Shown here piece after piece: positions 1 to 12,986 of a DNA stretch of 64,000 nt. The translations under genes were made by a program, and so were the position numbers. The notes below the pieces were generated by a model, which was not told where the DNA came from, made no database searches, and was given only the letters and a program-made list of their open reading frames with translations. This DNA comes from Phoronis australis (Eukaryota > Animalia > Phoronida): NCBI GenBank assembly GCA_002633005.1, contig NMRA01000277.1, positions 243,127 to 307,126 on the forward strand, written 5' to 3'. Positions within the stretch are counted from its first letter, which is position 1. Each line of letters begins with the position of its first letter.

Positions 1-299
1 ATAATGAGTACATCCTGGTACGCAGCAACAGTTTGGCATGTTGGCTGACTCGTCAACAAAAGCAAACGACGACCGAACTTAACACAACCGAGGTAGATTA
101 ATGACTGACTAGACAGCTCTCACAGTAAGACTATACATGTATGAAAAGAAATTGGCGCGAAATTCTTTCCATCACTTCCGGAGAAGAGAACGAATAATTA
201 ATTAAATTACGAAAAGCTGTAATAATGTTAAAATATATCTGGGATAATCAACGAGTCTCAGTTTTGCTAAAATTGACATGAAAAGGGTTCCCTTCGCCT
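1..299. mobile_element. Terminal inverted repeat of a Kolobok-like DNA transposon (element continues left of the window)
   Basis: Colinear with the right TIR at ~37070-37372 (…ATGAGTAC…GCAAACGACGACC…CCTTCGCCT); followed by TTTA, a degenerate TTAA target. Confidence 0.8.
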
Positions 300-892
300 T
301 TTAGGAGTAATTTTGCAATTAGTTTCAGAAAATAGCGGATTCTTGCATTTGTCTTCCTGCTCATAGTAATAGCTTCACAAAAGGGAATTGCAAATGAAAA
401 AATATGGAATACCACGACATGAATTTGTCATTTCCATTAAGTACTCCCTTAGATCGACTCATTACCCACAAGACTAAACAGCTCATTTCCATATTTTAAG
501 GTGCTTATAGCACACGTCTTGAGTCCCTTTCCCACTAGAGGCGAAACTTCGCTTTTACCAAAGTTTCGGTTAGTGGGAAAGGTTAAAGTCCTTGTCTCAC
601 GCGTTGTTAACCCTTATTACATGGTTAGAAGATGTTATAAGGATCCAAGAAGTACCTACCCCATAACTAATACACGATCCGTACTCGAAAACAGTTTAAA
701 TGAATGCGCCACTCACGATTCGCACCCGAAGGAACACCGCCATTTTGAACTTGCCGCGAACCCGGAAGTACAATTCATTCAGGAACCCAGTCCGAGAAAA
801 CGCCGTCAGTGCGACTCGAGCAGTGCCTGTACTGTTACCAGCCAGCAAACGGGGATAAAATGATCGACAGCGCGCCTTAATTTTAATAAAAT

Positions 893-1522
893 NNNNNNNN
901 NNNNNNNNNNNNNNNNNNNNNNNNNNNNNNNNNNNNNNNNNNNNNNNNNNNNNNNNNNNNNNNNNNNNNNNNNNNNNNNNNNNNNNNNNNNNNNNNNNNN
1001 NNNNNNNNNNNNNNNNNNNNNNNNNNNNNNNNNNNNNNNNNNNNNNNNNNNNNNNNNNNNNNNNNNNNNNNNNNNNNNNNNNNNNNNNNNNNNNNNNNNN
1101 NNNNNNNNNNNNNNNNNNNNNNNNNNNNNNNNNNNNNNNNNNNNNNNNNNNNNNNNNNNNNNNNNNNNNNNNNNNNNNNNNNNNNNNNNNNNNNNNNNNN
1201 NNNNNNNNNNNNNNNNNNNNNNNNNNNNNNNNNNNNNNNNNNNNNNNNNNNNNNNNNNNNNNNNNNNNNNNNNNNNNNNNNNNNNNNNNNNNNNNNNNNN
1301 NNNNNNNNNNNNNNNNNNNNNNNNNNNNNNNNNNNNNNNNNNNNNNNNNNNNNNNNNNNNNNNNNNNNNNNNNNNNNNNNNNNNNNNNNNNNNNNNNNNN
1401 NNNNNNNNNNNNNNNNNNNNNNNNNNNNNNNNNNNNNNNNNNNNNNNNNNNNNNNNNNNNNNNNNNNNNNNNNNNNNNNNNNNNNNNNNNNNNNNNNNNN
1501 NNNNNNNNNNNNNNNNNNNNNN
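893..1522. other. Assembly gap (N run)
   Basis: Run of N; further gaps at 5413-5479 and 56940-57502. Confidence 1.
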
Positions 1523-3354
1523 CTCGTAACTCATCCCGCTGTCCTCCAATATGGCCGACGCGATCCAAACAAAGTGACCCAAATTTCGCCACAAAACTTG
1601 CAATAACTTTACAGTGCTTGCCCCGATTTTGATACTTTTTCGATTTTTACTGAGTAGAATGTACTACCTTTCCGATGATAGCAAAGTACTTTTTCAAAAC
1701 GAGGAAAAAAATAAAACTGAAAAAATAGGTTCGACCCATATTGGTTCCTAGGTTCGACCGGCCTACGTAAGGAACTAAACACCAATACTCACATACTAAG
1801 TACGCGTAACATTCCAAAAAAAATCAACGACCACTAACTACAAACTATAAATACACTACATGGTGCAAACGAATCACGATATATTACTAATAAAACAATA
1901 TAATGAAGACTTTTCGAGCAAGCCATAGCACATTCAGTTACAAGGAAAAAATGGCGGCTTTCAGGACAAGTTCCTGAACTGATGAGCCGGAATTGTGGGT
2001 ACGGAAATAACCGATGACAACCGGTAATCATACGCTCAGAGAAAAGGGTCAAATACAGTTGAAAAATCGCTTTTGGCAAGAAAGGCGATAAGAATGTAAA
2101 GAAAGGGTGTCGAAAATAAGATTTTATGTAGTAAGTATTTTCGGATACTAGAACCACAGTCTGGTGGTTAATCAGCCAGCGAAGTTTCGCTGAAAATAGT
2201 AGGATGTAAAAGCGAAGCTTCTGTGAACGCATGTAGTTGGAACAGTTGAAGCGAAGCCATTTTGCTCGACAAACAACACGGTGTCGGGTTAAACTTTGTG
2301 TTTGTTTGGCAACATTTCGCACAGTATAAGAGTCCGTGAACACAGCGTGTATGACTAACATTAACGATTTTAAGTCAAGACACCTCTAGATTATTGTTGC
2401 GTGTCATAACAGTGGTAGGGATTATTTGAATCTCACTTGTTCGTTAGCAGATGTAGAAGTCAATATAAATGACAAAACCACATGTAATACAGTCAAAACT
2501 TACCAACTTGTCAAAACGTTCAGTGTCGATCTATTGGTCTGTCGAAGGATATGGTCCTCATTTATAGAGTCTGAGCTGAACCGAACATCCGAGGACTGAC
2601 GCTTATCATCAATCAAATTTAGCAGCTTATTGTTCGCATTTGCATTTCTGACGGAGAAGACAATTTTCACGCGCATAATGTATTAGAAACATATGTGTAC
2701 ATTGTAAAAATTAACCTTAGGTTTTGAACACATGAATTACACTTTTAGGTCTAAACATATTTAGTTTTTTGTTTAAATTCTAAATATTTGAAGCAGCAGC
2801 GCGCAGTTTTTCTAACCGTGTTCTGATTTAAACTGTTTATGAAACATCTAAACTCATTCTGGCTTAGTTTCTCTCAGAACTTAAACGGCAAAACATTATC
2901 GACTAAAATCTAAGCTGCTTCTTTCTTAACATAAGGTTTTGAACAGTTTAAACGATTAGGCCTACTAAAGAAAACAATAACTGCACATACATGTCTCCGT
3001 CGAAGACAGGGTGGTGGAATTTTCAGTTTGTCAGTCAAATTAACATACGTGCAACCAGGGGAGTCAAAAGGGCCGTAGGACACCCCTAGTGGAAGCACCC
3101 CTTCAGAACCAAGAATCAAAAAAACGCCACTAGAGGACCAAAACCGCTCTACCAGATGCACGTGTCTTCCGATTTTGTTTCACGCTCTTTCACCCGACGA
3201 TCCTTTTTTGAAATTTGACCCTCCCTCTAAAAAGCAGAATGAGCGCCTGACTAATGCACATTTTATTAAGCTAGGTCAGGGTGGGCTACTGTAGGTCTAC
3301 CCAAACGTGAATTCATACATGTATACGTACCTGAGACAAAATGGTCAAAAGTTA

Positions 3355-4365
3355 GCCGTCGTGTACGGCAGAAATCTGAAAATACCTAAGCGAGGTAGCT
3401 TACGCGGCAAAAATCGCATGATACCTACCCGATGTACGGAAGAAATCGCAAAATCATTCCTACCCGAATTTTCAAAAGAACACCTCTTAAACAGTGCCTA
3501 AGGGAGCTCTTTCTTAAGACAAATTACACTTTTCAAACTTTGTCATCGTTTTTAAAAGCGCCGCCCTCGAAATATGGTAACTACAAAAATGGATCAAAAC
3601 AAAATGAAATCGGTTCTGTTGCTGTATAGGGTCCTTAAAAAGACCCTATTTGCGCTGTGTCTGGTAAGAATATGTGACAGGCTTCTTCAAATTAATATTG
3701 CCTTCGAATGTACTTAACGTGACCGGTATTTCTTATCCGTTTCTGGGACCTGTTACGGAGAAAGAAATATTTCCATCTGGTGCCAAGACTACTCAAACAA
3801 AAACCTGTCTGTGTTCTACGGAAACTTCTTCAGCAGTTTGTGAGTTTTGGTGAGTTGCATTGCAAAAGAAAAAAAAACCGTCACAAGAGTTGTCAACTTC
3901 TTGTTTGTAGTCCAAAGTCTGTTTTTATAAGCAATCCAACACAAAACGTTTTGGTTATACCTGAATGCTTGCATCAATAAAGCGCTCCGTATTCTAAACA
4001 TAGAGAGATATCACGCCCATATACATAATTATGCAATTCCAAGTTAAAATTCTGAAAGAGCACCCATATTTTCCGAAAGAACGCCTTGGAGAAGCCCAGG
4101 GGTGCTCTTTCGGCAATATACAGGTAGTACACGCTGTAAAGTGTGACTTTCCGAAAGAGCGCCCACTCGAGGACGCTCTTTCGGATGTTCCCGGTACCCA
4201 AAATGACGGCAAAAATTGTAAAATATCCACCTGGACGTGTGTCAAAAATCGCTAAAATTTACCTACCCGACTGTACAGCAAAAATTGTAAAATACCTACA
4301 TGTGTATACGAAATAAGCAAAAAATTGCAAAATACCTACCCGCAGCATTGCAAAAACCCGAGGGT
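3355..4365 (+). repeat. Two patches of degenerate ~30-bp tandem repeat (ACGGCAAAAATyGyAAAATACCTACCCG), probably transposon subterminal repeats
   Basis: Units at ~3365-3465 and ~4205-4350, plus one more at ~5118-5142. Confidence 0.55.
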
Positions 4366-5399
4366 TCTCCCATTGGCCAACACTTGTTTTAGCCGATTTT
4401 GGTACAGATATGGTTACCGGAAAAGACTGCAGAATGGACCACCATAAAAACGCCCATTTGCGTTTATTCCGAAGGTTTTCAGAACAGACATCCATGGGCG
4501 TTTATTTGGTGGTACAACTTTGGGTTTCAAGTGTGTAGATACAGCTTAGGGTTGTTCATTCGGAACATTTCCATTCAGCTTCAACCTGTAGTCACTAATT
4601 CTGCTTTATCTGGCATATATCATTATACTTCGAAAAGAAAAACAACAAAGCCTTAACGAACTGGGTATTTATTGGCGACTTGAAATTGAAAAAACACATT
4701 TTATATCAAAAATCGTGAATTCAGTGATCAATTTTTTACTTTCTCAAGTCATAGCCGTACACATGTACAGGTACGTGTACGTGTACATGTACAGTAGCTA
4801 GCCGAAGTTATGAATTTTGCACGCCCCTTTCCGATTAGTAGGTGTTACTGAAAAGACCTGAAAAATGCCGTTTTCCGAATACACGCTTTGGGCTTATCTG
4901 CAGAAATTCCCGGTATGAATTTCGCTGACTTTGATAAAAATGGTTTTTGTTTTGCAAATTTTGGTGTCGATATGGTTATGAATTTCACTGATTTGGGTAA
5001 AAATTGATCTTTTGGTTTTCATATGGGTACCATTTTGACGTTTCGGAGGTATTGAAATGGGTCTAGTTTTTGACCTCATGATGGGACAATACCCATTTTT
5101 CGGATGAACCCCCACCTGCAAAAATAACAAAATACCTACACGTACCTGTAGCAGAGGCAGCGGCGGCATAGATCAAGTGTGGGGGCAACTGTGTGACGAA
5201 CATGGGTGTGTTGAGGTTCAATTTTCACGCACCCGTGCCTTTTAAAGCAACATCCTATCAGTATTTACGAGACATAACTTAAAGTTTCCATTTAAAAGTT
5301 TTAATAAAATCGGGTGATGTGTTATTTTACTATGAATGTACCTTTGTTGCACAAAGGACTTAAACACGTTGTCACGTGAAAAGATTAAAGACTTGATTG

Positions 5400-5745
5400 C
5401 AGTGGCGGATTTNNNNNNNNNNNNNNNNNNNNNNNNNNNNNNNNNNNNNNNNNNNNNNNNNNNNNNNNNNNNNNNNNNNCCCCTAAAATTCTACCAGATA
5501 CAATTTGGCAGTACTTGTGCGACTTGCTGACTAGCACATGCGCGGAACTAGGGGGGCTCGCTCGGGGGTGAATAAACAATTCACAGGTCCATCAAAGCCC
5601 GTTTACCGGTTTTTCTAGTCAAAAGGTCCGCAAACCCAAAATTCCAGACCTCTGCATCTCTACATTTTAGGCTGGGCGCAAAATTATTTATATTCCTGTG
5701 CCCTTCCCCCCTCAAAATCAACTCAAAATCCTGGATCCGCCCCTG
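5400..5745. mobile_element. GC-rich hAT-like MITE (CAGTGGCGGAT…GGATCCGCCCCTG)
   Basis: Inverted termini; internal CCCTAAAATTCT motif shared with the copy at 19581-19728; related reversed fragment at ~25440-25551. Confidence 0.6.
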
Positions 5746-5968
5746 TGCAGTATCTTCAATCTTTCTGTTTTCAGAAAATATTTACTTTCAATGGTTGACA
5801 AAATATTATTTTTAAATATCCGGCCACTTTGGATGTGGATTGGTGGATGACATGCATGCGTACACATGTGTGTGCGTTTCCATTCTTTTAAATTCAGTAC
5901 ACGCCTATGATAATTAAATTCACTATAGTCGGTCCTGCGTCGTTGCTCAAAAATCAGACATTTAACTA

Positions 5969-6106
5969 CATGGGCGGAGCACCATAGGGGGTTGGGTGCT
6001 ATAGTCCCCACTTTTTTCAGTGCTGCGCCGCCCATGGTCTATGCCGGAGGACGGTGCACCGCAAGGGGGATATAGCCCTCACTTTTTTCAGTGCTGCTCC
6101 CCCATG
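5969..6106. mobile_element. Two adjacent tiny MITE copies (CATGGGCGG…CGCCGCCCATG)
   Basis: Self-inverted ~67-bp units; a related insertion at ~16700-16819 is absent from the paralogous introns B and C. Confidence 0.55.
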
Positions 6107-6288
6107 AACTACCGTATTTTCTTGCACTAAGAAAACCCCGACGAATATGCTCTTATTATTAGGGAAAAGTAGGTCTAGACTAATAAAAACTTTGGTCAAC
6201 GAAGAAAGTCTTTTGTCAATCAGTGCCGATGGCGCACAGCCTCGCAGACGTCATACAAGCAAAAAAACTTGATGGAAAAGATTTCCAA

Positions 6289-7144
6289 GGTTACATGTCA
6301 CTATTCCGAATGCTCACCACTCCGAAGTTACTTCGAAGGTTCGCTACCTTCAAAGTTCATTCTACATATACTTCGAATGTCCACAATTCGAAACCAACAC
6401 TCCGACAGTTCATTACTCTGCCTTGTCTTCTAACAAGGCGGAACTGACATGAGAAAAGAATTGTATTTGTGCCCATTTAGTAACTATTTAAAGGGTGGAC
6501 AGACGTTGAATAGTTCTTAAAACATTGATTACATTGATTACAAATGAGCTCAGTTCCAATCACTGCCAATCGTGAATCTTCAATTATAACTAACGACTCA
6601 TTCAGTCTCAAGCAAAGACAACATCAGGTCAGGACTTCAGCGACCAACAGCGGTTGTTTTAAATTGAAGACGACTGAATGGGACTCTCCGACTTCGTGAA
6701 GACTGGCAGGGAAAGGGTAGCCTACTAACTACATTTAGTTTCGACCCGGCCATGCCCGTGGTTCCCATGGGTGAGTTTGAGGGGCATCAGCCCTAAACTA
6801 GCTCAGTCACGCTGTGAAATGATGCAACTTTGCATGGATTTGATAAATGGTTTATAATTCATCAATATTCCTATTTCTTAATATTTTAAAAATTCAGGTA
6901 CGTACTCATTTTCCGTATTCGAAAGACATGCGGGCAATTTCAAATGCGCACGAAATCCGGGCGTTGTTTGAGTATAGGTGCACCACCTGGTGCATCTAAT
7001 AACTGAAGTGTTGTTTATTTCTGCAGGTAAAGGGGATGCCCGTTACACCCAAGTCCGAAATTTTAGTAGATCTTTTCGGAGTATTGAACCTTCGAAATAG
7101 TGAACCTTCAGAGTAGTGAACCTTTGGCATACTGGGCTATTCCC
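6289..7144. mobile_element. Non-autonomous DNA transposon with ~15-bp subterminal repeats (GGTTCACTACTCCGAA type)
   Basis: Repeats are forward at ~6300-6420 and inverted at ~7075-7140; flanked by a near-perfect 8-bp duplication ATTTCCAA/ATTTCCAG. Confidence 0.65.
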
Positions 7145-8379
7145 ATTTCCAGCGATGCAAGCAAGTTACGTAACACGCAAAATACAACCAGATCAAAATA
7201 TTCAAGTCGATCATGCTTCGATTAAATATTTCAGACCGAGTATGTAATGAGGTGTAATCACTCATTTAAGCACGCCTGGATTGAAAGTTTGGCAGGGGGT
7301 AACGCCGGAAAATTATATTTCTGGACCACATTACATCCGAATTTGTGTCCCGTTCTTTGTGAGCAACCATCAGGGCATCCTCATTTCTTGTATTATGAAT
7401 TCCGTCTGATCAGTTGGGAACGTAGAGCTGATACTCGTCGTTGTATATATAGATTTCCCTCCCCCTAGTGAAGCTGCGTCAAGGGCCTTACCGCCTTTAC
7501 AGTGTCGACCTTTGCAAAATATCCACAAAGGTCCACCGTTCTAGAAATTTGAACCACCACCTGCGCATTGCTGACTACAGGCCTGTTCAAATGGAGGCCT
7601 AACTTGTTTCAGTAGTGGCTATCATGCACGTGGCTGCCACAGCTTATTTGTTAAAACAAGGTGTACCAGACCGCATCCATTGTGTAGTGAATCTGGTGGT
7701 ATTGTAATTTATTATGGAATGACTCGTAACATTCTGCATGAAAATTTCTGTTGTGTTTGAATATTGGTACATAAATCTGTCGTGAAATATTAATTGTGTC
7801 TCGCCAAGTATACGTGTACCGCAGGGCCGTCTGTCTTTCCCCCAGCACAGCAGAGCACTAAAGCAAGTACACTGTTCTGTACTAGCACACCTGTTCATAG
7901 CAATAAAATTAAAATGCAGCTTGTGTGCCACCAAGAACACGTATACTGTGTTTAAAAATCCCCAATTGCCTTGTTTCGACAAGTGACTACATTGATAGTA
8001 TCATTAAACCGTCCCCAGTGGAAGTGAATGGGGCGCAGCATGGTCAAATGCTAACTTATTCTCACAATCACTACAAACGCGGTTTGCTGAACTGAGATTG
8101 CACTACTTTTGGTAACACTGTTGAGAAGACGAAATTTTTAGTGACAACGTATCTAGGAATCATAGTTAGGGAGGGCAAGGGCAGAGTATTAACCAGGATT
8201 TTGCCCGTTAGATATTTGCACACCCGAACTTCCAAACGGAATCTGAGAAAGTTTTAGGGGGAGGGCGTGGCCAACTCTAAATCCGCCACTGGGCTCCGTA
8301 AAAAAGATCCCGGCCGTTGTTCGCGATAGATTTAAAAACCTCCAGGTCAGTCTTCATGTTTTGTCAATGTCAGCTCGAG

Positions 8380-8860
8380 GGGAGAGTCACCAGCCTCCTA
8401 GGTTTACAACTCATGGCCCAAGGTGTTTTCGAAATAATACTTGTCCACAGCTTATAGTCACGCGACCACTTTTTCGGAAAATTGCACTTTTCCAGACAGA
8501 GCGATGTTGTTTCCGCGAAAGTGATTTTCAAAAAAAATCTAGTTCTCTCTTGAGATTTTTTTTTCGGTCACGCCTTTTTGCTGCGAAAGTGGGTACATTC
8601 ACTTCTCAGGAACTTTCCATGGAAATTCCATGAGTTAACTTGACACAGGAGATCCCTGGGAATAGAGCCTTGACAGAAATTTGCATGGTTTGCCGCTATA
8701 GAGCGACAGAACAGAATTTGCTAGTCGTACAATTTTTTATCACGAATTTCCATTGCTTTGTGTTAGGAAAAAACGGGACTGGCCTACGATGTACAAACGT
8801 GCGAGCTTTGTTATTGTGTTTGTACTGCTCTTCTTTGTCCCATAGCCTCTCAAACATTCC
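8380..8860. repeat. Block homologous to 52990-53470 (just 3' of UGT-C)
   Basis: Colinear matches such as TCTCTTGAGA…TTCGGTC and CCATGGAA…TTGACAGAAATTTGCAT. Confidence 0.7.
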
Positions 8861-9410
8861 CTCTATTTTCCCTTCTTGTCAGAGTAACGATATTAAGTGG
8901 CCACAAATCAAAATGCATACATGTATATATACATGTACATCAAGGAAGAATTGTGGCTCTTTTAAACTCAATAACCAACCAACACAAAAATATGATGGCA
9001 GAGCTTCCAGTAGTATGGACTACGTATTAACCCAGATATTTACGTAAATCTTTGGATTTCTCTCTCCTCTGATTGCTCGTTTCCATTCCACAGTCAGTTT
9101 TAGCGGAGGCAGCCATGCGAGTAGAGAATCCATTGATGTGAGTTTCTTTTAGCCAGTTAATGTCCATGAAAACTTTTTCTTTCTGGCCATTCTTCGCTAA
9201 CCTAGTTTATGCAGTGATGAACTGAAACTTGTTCTTTGCCAGCTGCAAAATTCCCTTCAAAATCTCTTCCACGTCAGGAGCACTACTTTATTCGTCCTAA
9301 ATTAGCTGGCCCTTACTTCTCATCATTTGCCCTCAAACTCTTCTCATTTTGTAATAATTTTAGATGAGCTTTTGCCCTCCCCAAATTCTGAGCAAGTGCC
9401 GTTTAATAAC

Positions 9411-9560
9411 TTAATGGGCTATTACACGGATCTATTGGCCATTTGAGGGTGAAATTGTGGTATAAGAAGTAATATCCCTCGACATTTTCCTATCGACCGA
9501 CACCCAAGGTCGAGGTCGATACGCGGAATAATGTCGAGTCGACATTGACCTACGTTTTGA
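9411..9560. mobile_element. Possible Crypton-type non-autonomous element end
   Basis: Nested hairpin TCGACATT…TATCGACC-loop-GGTCGATA…AATGTCGA resembling Crypton-associated palindromes; no ORF. Confidence 0.3.
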
Positions 9561-11359
9561 ACTTTCCATGTCAGAGGTGACTGTTGAAATAGTGCGGGAG
9601 GTGAATGCGGAAAACGTCATTACATGGCCGTAATGCACTCGACAGATTCAACGCGCATGGGATAAAAGCATCTATAGTGTGTTGGATATTCTTTGTCATC
9701 GAAATATCCGCTTTTGATCGTCGTTCGATTTGATTGCGCAAGCGAAATTTCTTCCCAAACTGTATGGAAACAGATTGAGAAGACAACGGTGACTGGTGTG
9801 AAGATCAAAATTTTAGTTGCTCTGTATGGCGCTCTAAGTCTGCATCTTTATCTGCTGACTTGGGTCCTCACTTCCCCACCATGAGTAATCCATGTTTCTC
9901 GAAGAGCATTCAAAGTACTCAAGACGAAAAGCTTATTTGAATTGAATACAACGCAAACGTGACAAACACTTTTTGCAGAAAAAACCATAGGAACCGATAG
10001 CAATGACAACAACTGGTTAAAATATTGCCAAGTGTCGAAATGCATTGCACGTAGGTACATGTACACTGTACTTGCCTGTTAGAGGTCCTTGCATTTTGGA
10101 GCTTTGAGTGTTGTTTTACTCCTTGGTAACTCCTTCGGCCCTGTCGATTGATGCTCGTGTTATGAGAATTTTTTGGCGAAAGAAATCGCTGGTAAAAACC
10201 AAAGCCAAAGCTTGAAATTTTGATTATAAATATTGACAAAAAATGCGTACTAATTACGGAAAATAAGTAGCATTTTAGTGCTACGCCGTATCACTACAGA
10301 ATCAGCAAAATGCGTAGCAAATACCTAATCCCCGCATTGGTGGACATGTACAGAGTATCACGTGGTGTCGTGCTTCCGTCGTGTATCATCATGACTACGC
10401 CAAGGTGATACCAAACTCAGAATCTCCTACTTTTGTAAACTGCACAACCCGATTTAGTCTTACATATATTTAGTGCTTGTCATCATTGCACTGATAAATG
10501 CTCTAGAGACCAGACCAGTCCTAGATTTACAGAAATTAAGTACTGCCTATAACCGTATATTAAGAAAAAATAAACCCATGAAAATGTTATTGAGAAACCC
10601 AAATTATTTAGCTGCAGTAACAATGATTTTATAAGTTTTATGATGTGTGCGTGTGGGTCTGCGCGTAACTTAACGTGTGTACAGTACGCGCGTGCACGTG
10701 TGTACAGTACGCGCGTGCACGTGTGTCCGCATATTCTGTTGTATTCACACGTTTTCCTTGATACTTGCTTAATTTTGAGAAATGAGTTATTAAAGAACAA
10801 AAAGAAACAACGAACTAATGCTATACAGAGAAATGATTCCGGGGGACAAAGAAATGAGGTACAGCAAATTGCCGTGAAGAAATGGAATCTCCCGGTTCCC
10901 AAATTTTGTCCCACTTATAGAAAACTTTTGGCTACGCTGGTGTGTAATGACCAGCACTGGTGGAAACTGGAAAACGCGTAGCACGTCTGCTCTCGGACCA
11001 CAAACCCGTGTTTTTAGTCCGAGGTCTGTTGAATTAACATGGTGGACAACCTTGATGGTCAGCAAAGCAGAAAGATTCTACTTAAATAATACATGTTATG
11101 GGCAAAAATTTGAAGCCAGGAAATCGAAGTCACTGCTTGAGACAACACGATTACATTTTGTATTGTGTGCTCTGATCAACTGTAAGTGTTCTATTATAAT
11201 TATTGAAGTAGATACTGATTTTACTAACTCATATTGCGATCGCCATATTTTCATTTGAGTTTATTGTCATAGGTTTACTTGCACTTCATGGTGACGTCAA
11301 ATATCGTGTTTCCAAACCAGTGTCGAACGTACATAGCTCGAGATCGTCGTTGAAAACAA

Positions 11360-12985
11360 GAGTAAACATCTAGAATGCTATTTCCAACTTGAGGACACCA
11401 ACGACTCCGCGCATGATTGAATGTGATGATAAGGAAGATGACGTGTAGCCCGCGGTGGCTATCATCAGGGCCGAAATCTAATCTCTATTCTCCGGAAACC
11501 GAACTCCGTAGACATAAAACATTCTGAAAAATTTGCGACCTTTTACTAGTTGTCTGTTTGGAAGAAGTGCAGTAAATTGTTGAACAAACTGGTGACAGAG
11601 TGATTTCCTACTTGAACCCAGTTGTGATCACCACCTCCAACTTCAATACGACTTCAACGTAATAATAAATAGATGAGTCTTTTTTGCGCTGAGACAGTAG
11701 GAAAAGTAACACTTCAAACAATTGCCGTGTTTGATGTAGTATGCATCGTACAAGTACAACATACATTTAAGTGACGTCACTTAAACGTGTGCATAGTGTT
11801 GAGAATCGTTGGCGTACAACACTGAAATGGTGAGACTTCAGAGCCGGACACCTAAAAACTCGGTAGTGCTCAAAGTGAACTGAGTTTGAGGTTGTCATTG
11901 GTTTTAATGCACCAATAGTATTCATAACTCTAAAGTGTCTCGCTCAACTTCATATTTGCAAAAAGTAGGTTTTAACCTACACCATCCAATTGGATGACTG
12001 GGTCGTTACAAAAGGCAATTCCTGAAATAAGATAGTTTAATTGCCTAACAACTGTGCATCGTAGTTGAAAAGTACACTTTTAAACAGTGAATGAAATGTC
12101 TTTGTGAAAACTAGATGACCCTTATACTAAAAAAACTTTTAATCGAGTTATTTGCAATTTTCCGACGCTTGTCCCTTAACAGGGTCGAGTTCTTGCGGTG
12201 TACCTCTGTTGTTGCTGAGCGTGAACTTGGAATTGTGAATAATCTGAAGGACGCGCATAATTATGTGAACTTGGAATTTAATACTCATTTTGGCAATTGG
12301 GTCATTTTTGTTCAGAGTAAAGCATGTTTGTACTTATTGGTCTGATGATTACCCATTTTCCCCGTTACCGTAACTTACATGTACAGTAGGTCAAGGAATC
12401 GCAGGAAAGTATGAATGTGGGGTTAAATCAATTATTGTTAGCTGAATAACATCGCCATAATTTAAAAAAGATTGGTTAAAATTTACGTCGTTTTATTAAC
12501 ATGCACTTTAATTTAGTGCAGAGCAAATTGTTATCATTTTATGCATGGCTCTTTGCGTGAATATATCAAGTTTCGTCGTGTATTCCAGGTTCACTCATAC
12601 ACAATCTTGTTAGTAAGCAAGATACAAGGTTCACGCACAGCAGCGTCACCTGAAAGTTCTCTCTGAAACTAGTATTGGGAGGATATCGTCAAGCGCTGTG
12701 CGCGTTTTGCCTGGCACCATTTTCACGCTACAACTTACCGGTCTCAAATTATTCGAGATAGTTTGATTTGGTGGCTGGTCTTCTGTAGACTGATTCTCTA
12801 CTGCTGTCTTCGCGGTTCAGGGCTCTGTTGTTACTACTACATGCCACACGTTCATGTACATGTGGGCAAGGGCCTAAACGTTGTAAATAAGCCGTCAGGT
12901 ATACATGTAGATTTCAAAGTGTATGAGGAATGAGTGATCTGACTGGTGCAGTCGACATACCACAAGAAAGTGAAATACCGCTCTA
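11360..12985. repeat. 3' flank of UGT-A, segmental duplicate of ~37615-39245 (3' flank of UGT-B)
   Basis: Colinear anchors TGAGGACACCAACGACTCCGCG, CACGCACAGCAGCGTCACCTGAA, GGCCTAAACGTTGTAAATAAGC and GAAATACCGCTCTA. Confidence 0.9.
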
Positions 12986-12986
12986 T

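Noticed and set aside
696-1603. Long ORFs at 696-1592 and 806-1603, and likewise 56883-57551
   Set aside because: They are open only because they cross N gaps.
7541-7585. GAAATTTGAACCACCACCTG resembles UGT exon 1 (MKFKPPPP) on the plus strand
   Set aside because: The similarity does not extend either way, and the context looks like a MITE end (…ACTACAGGCCTG).
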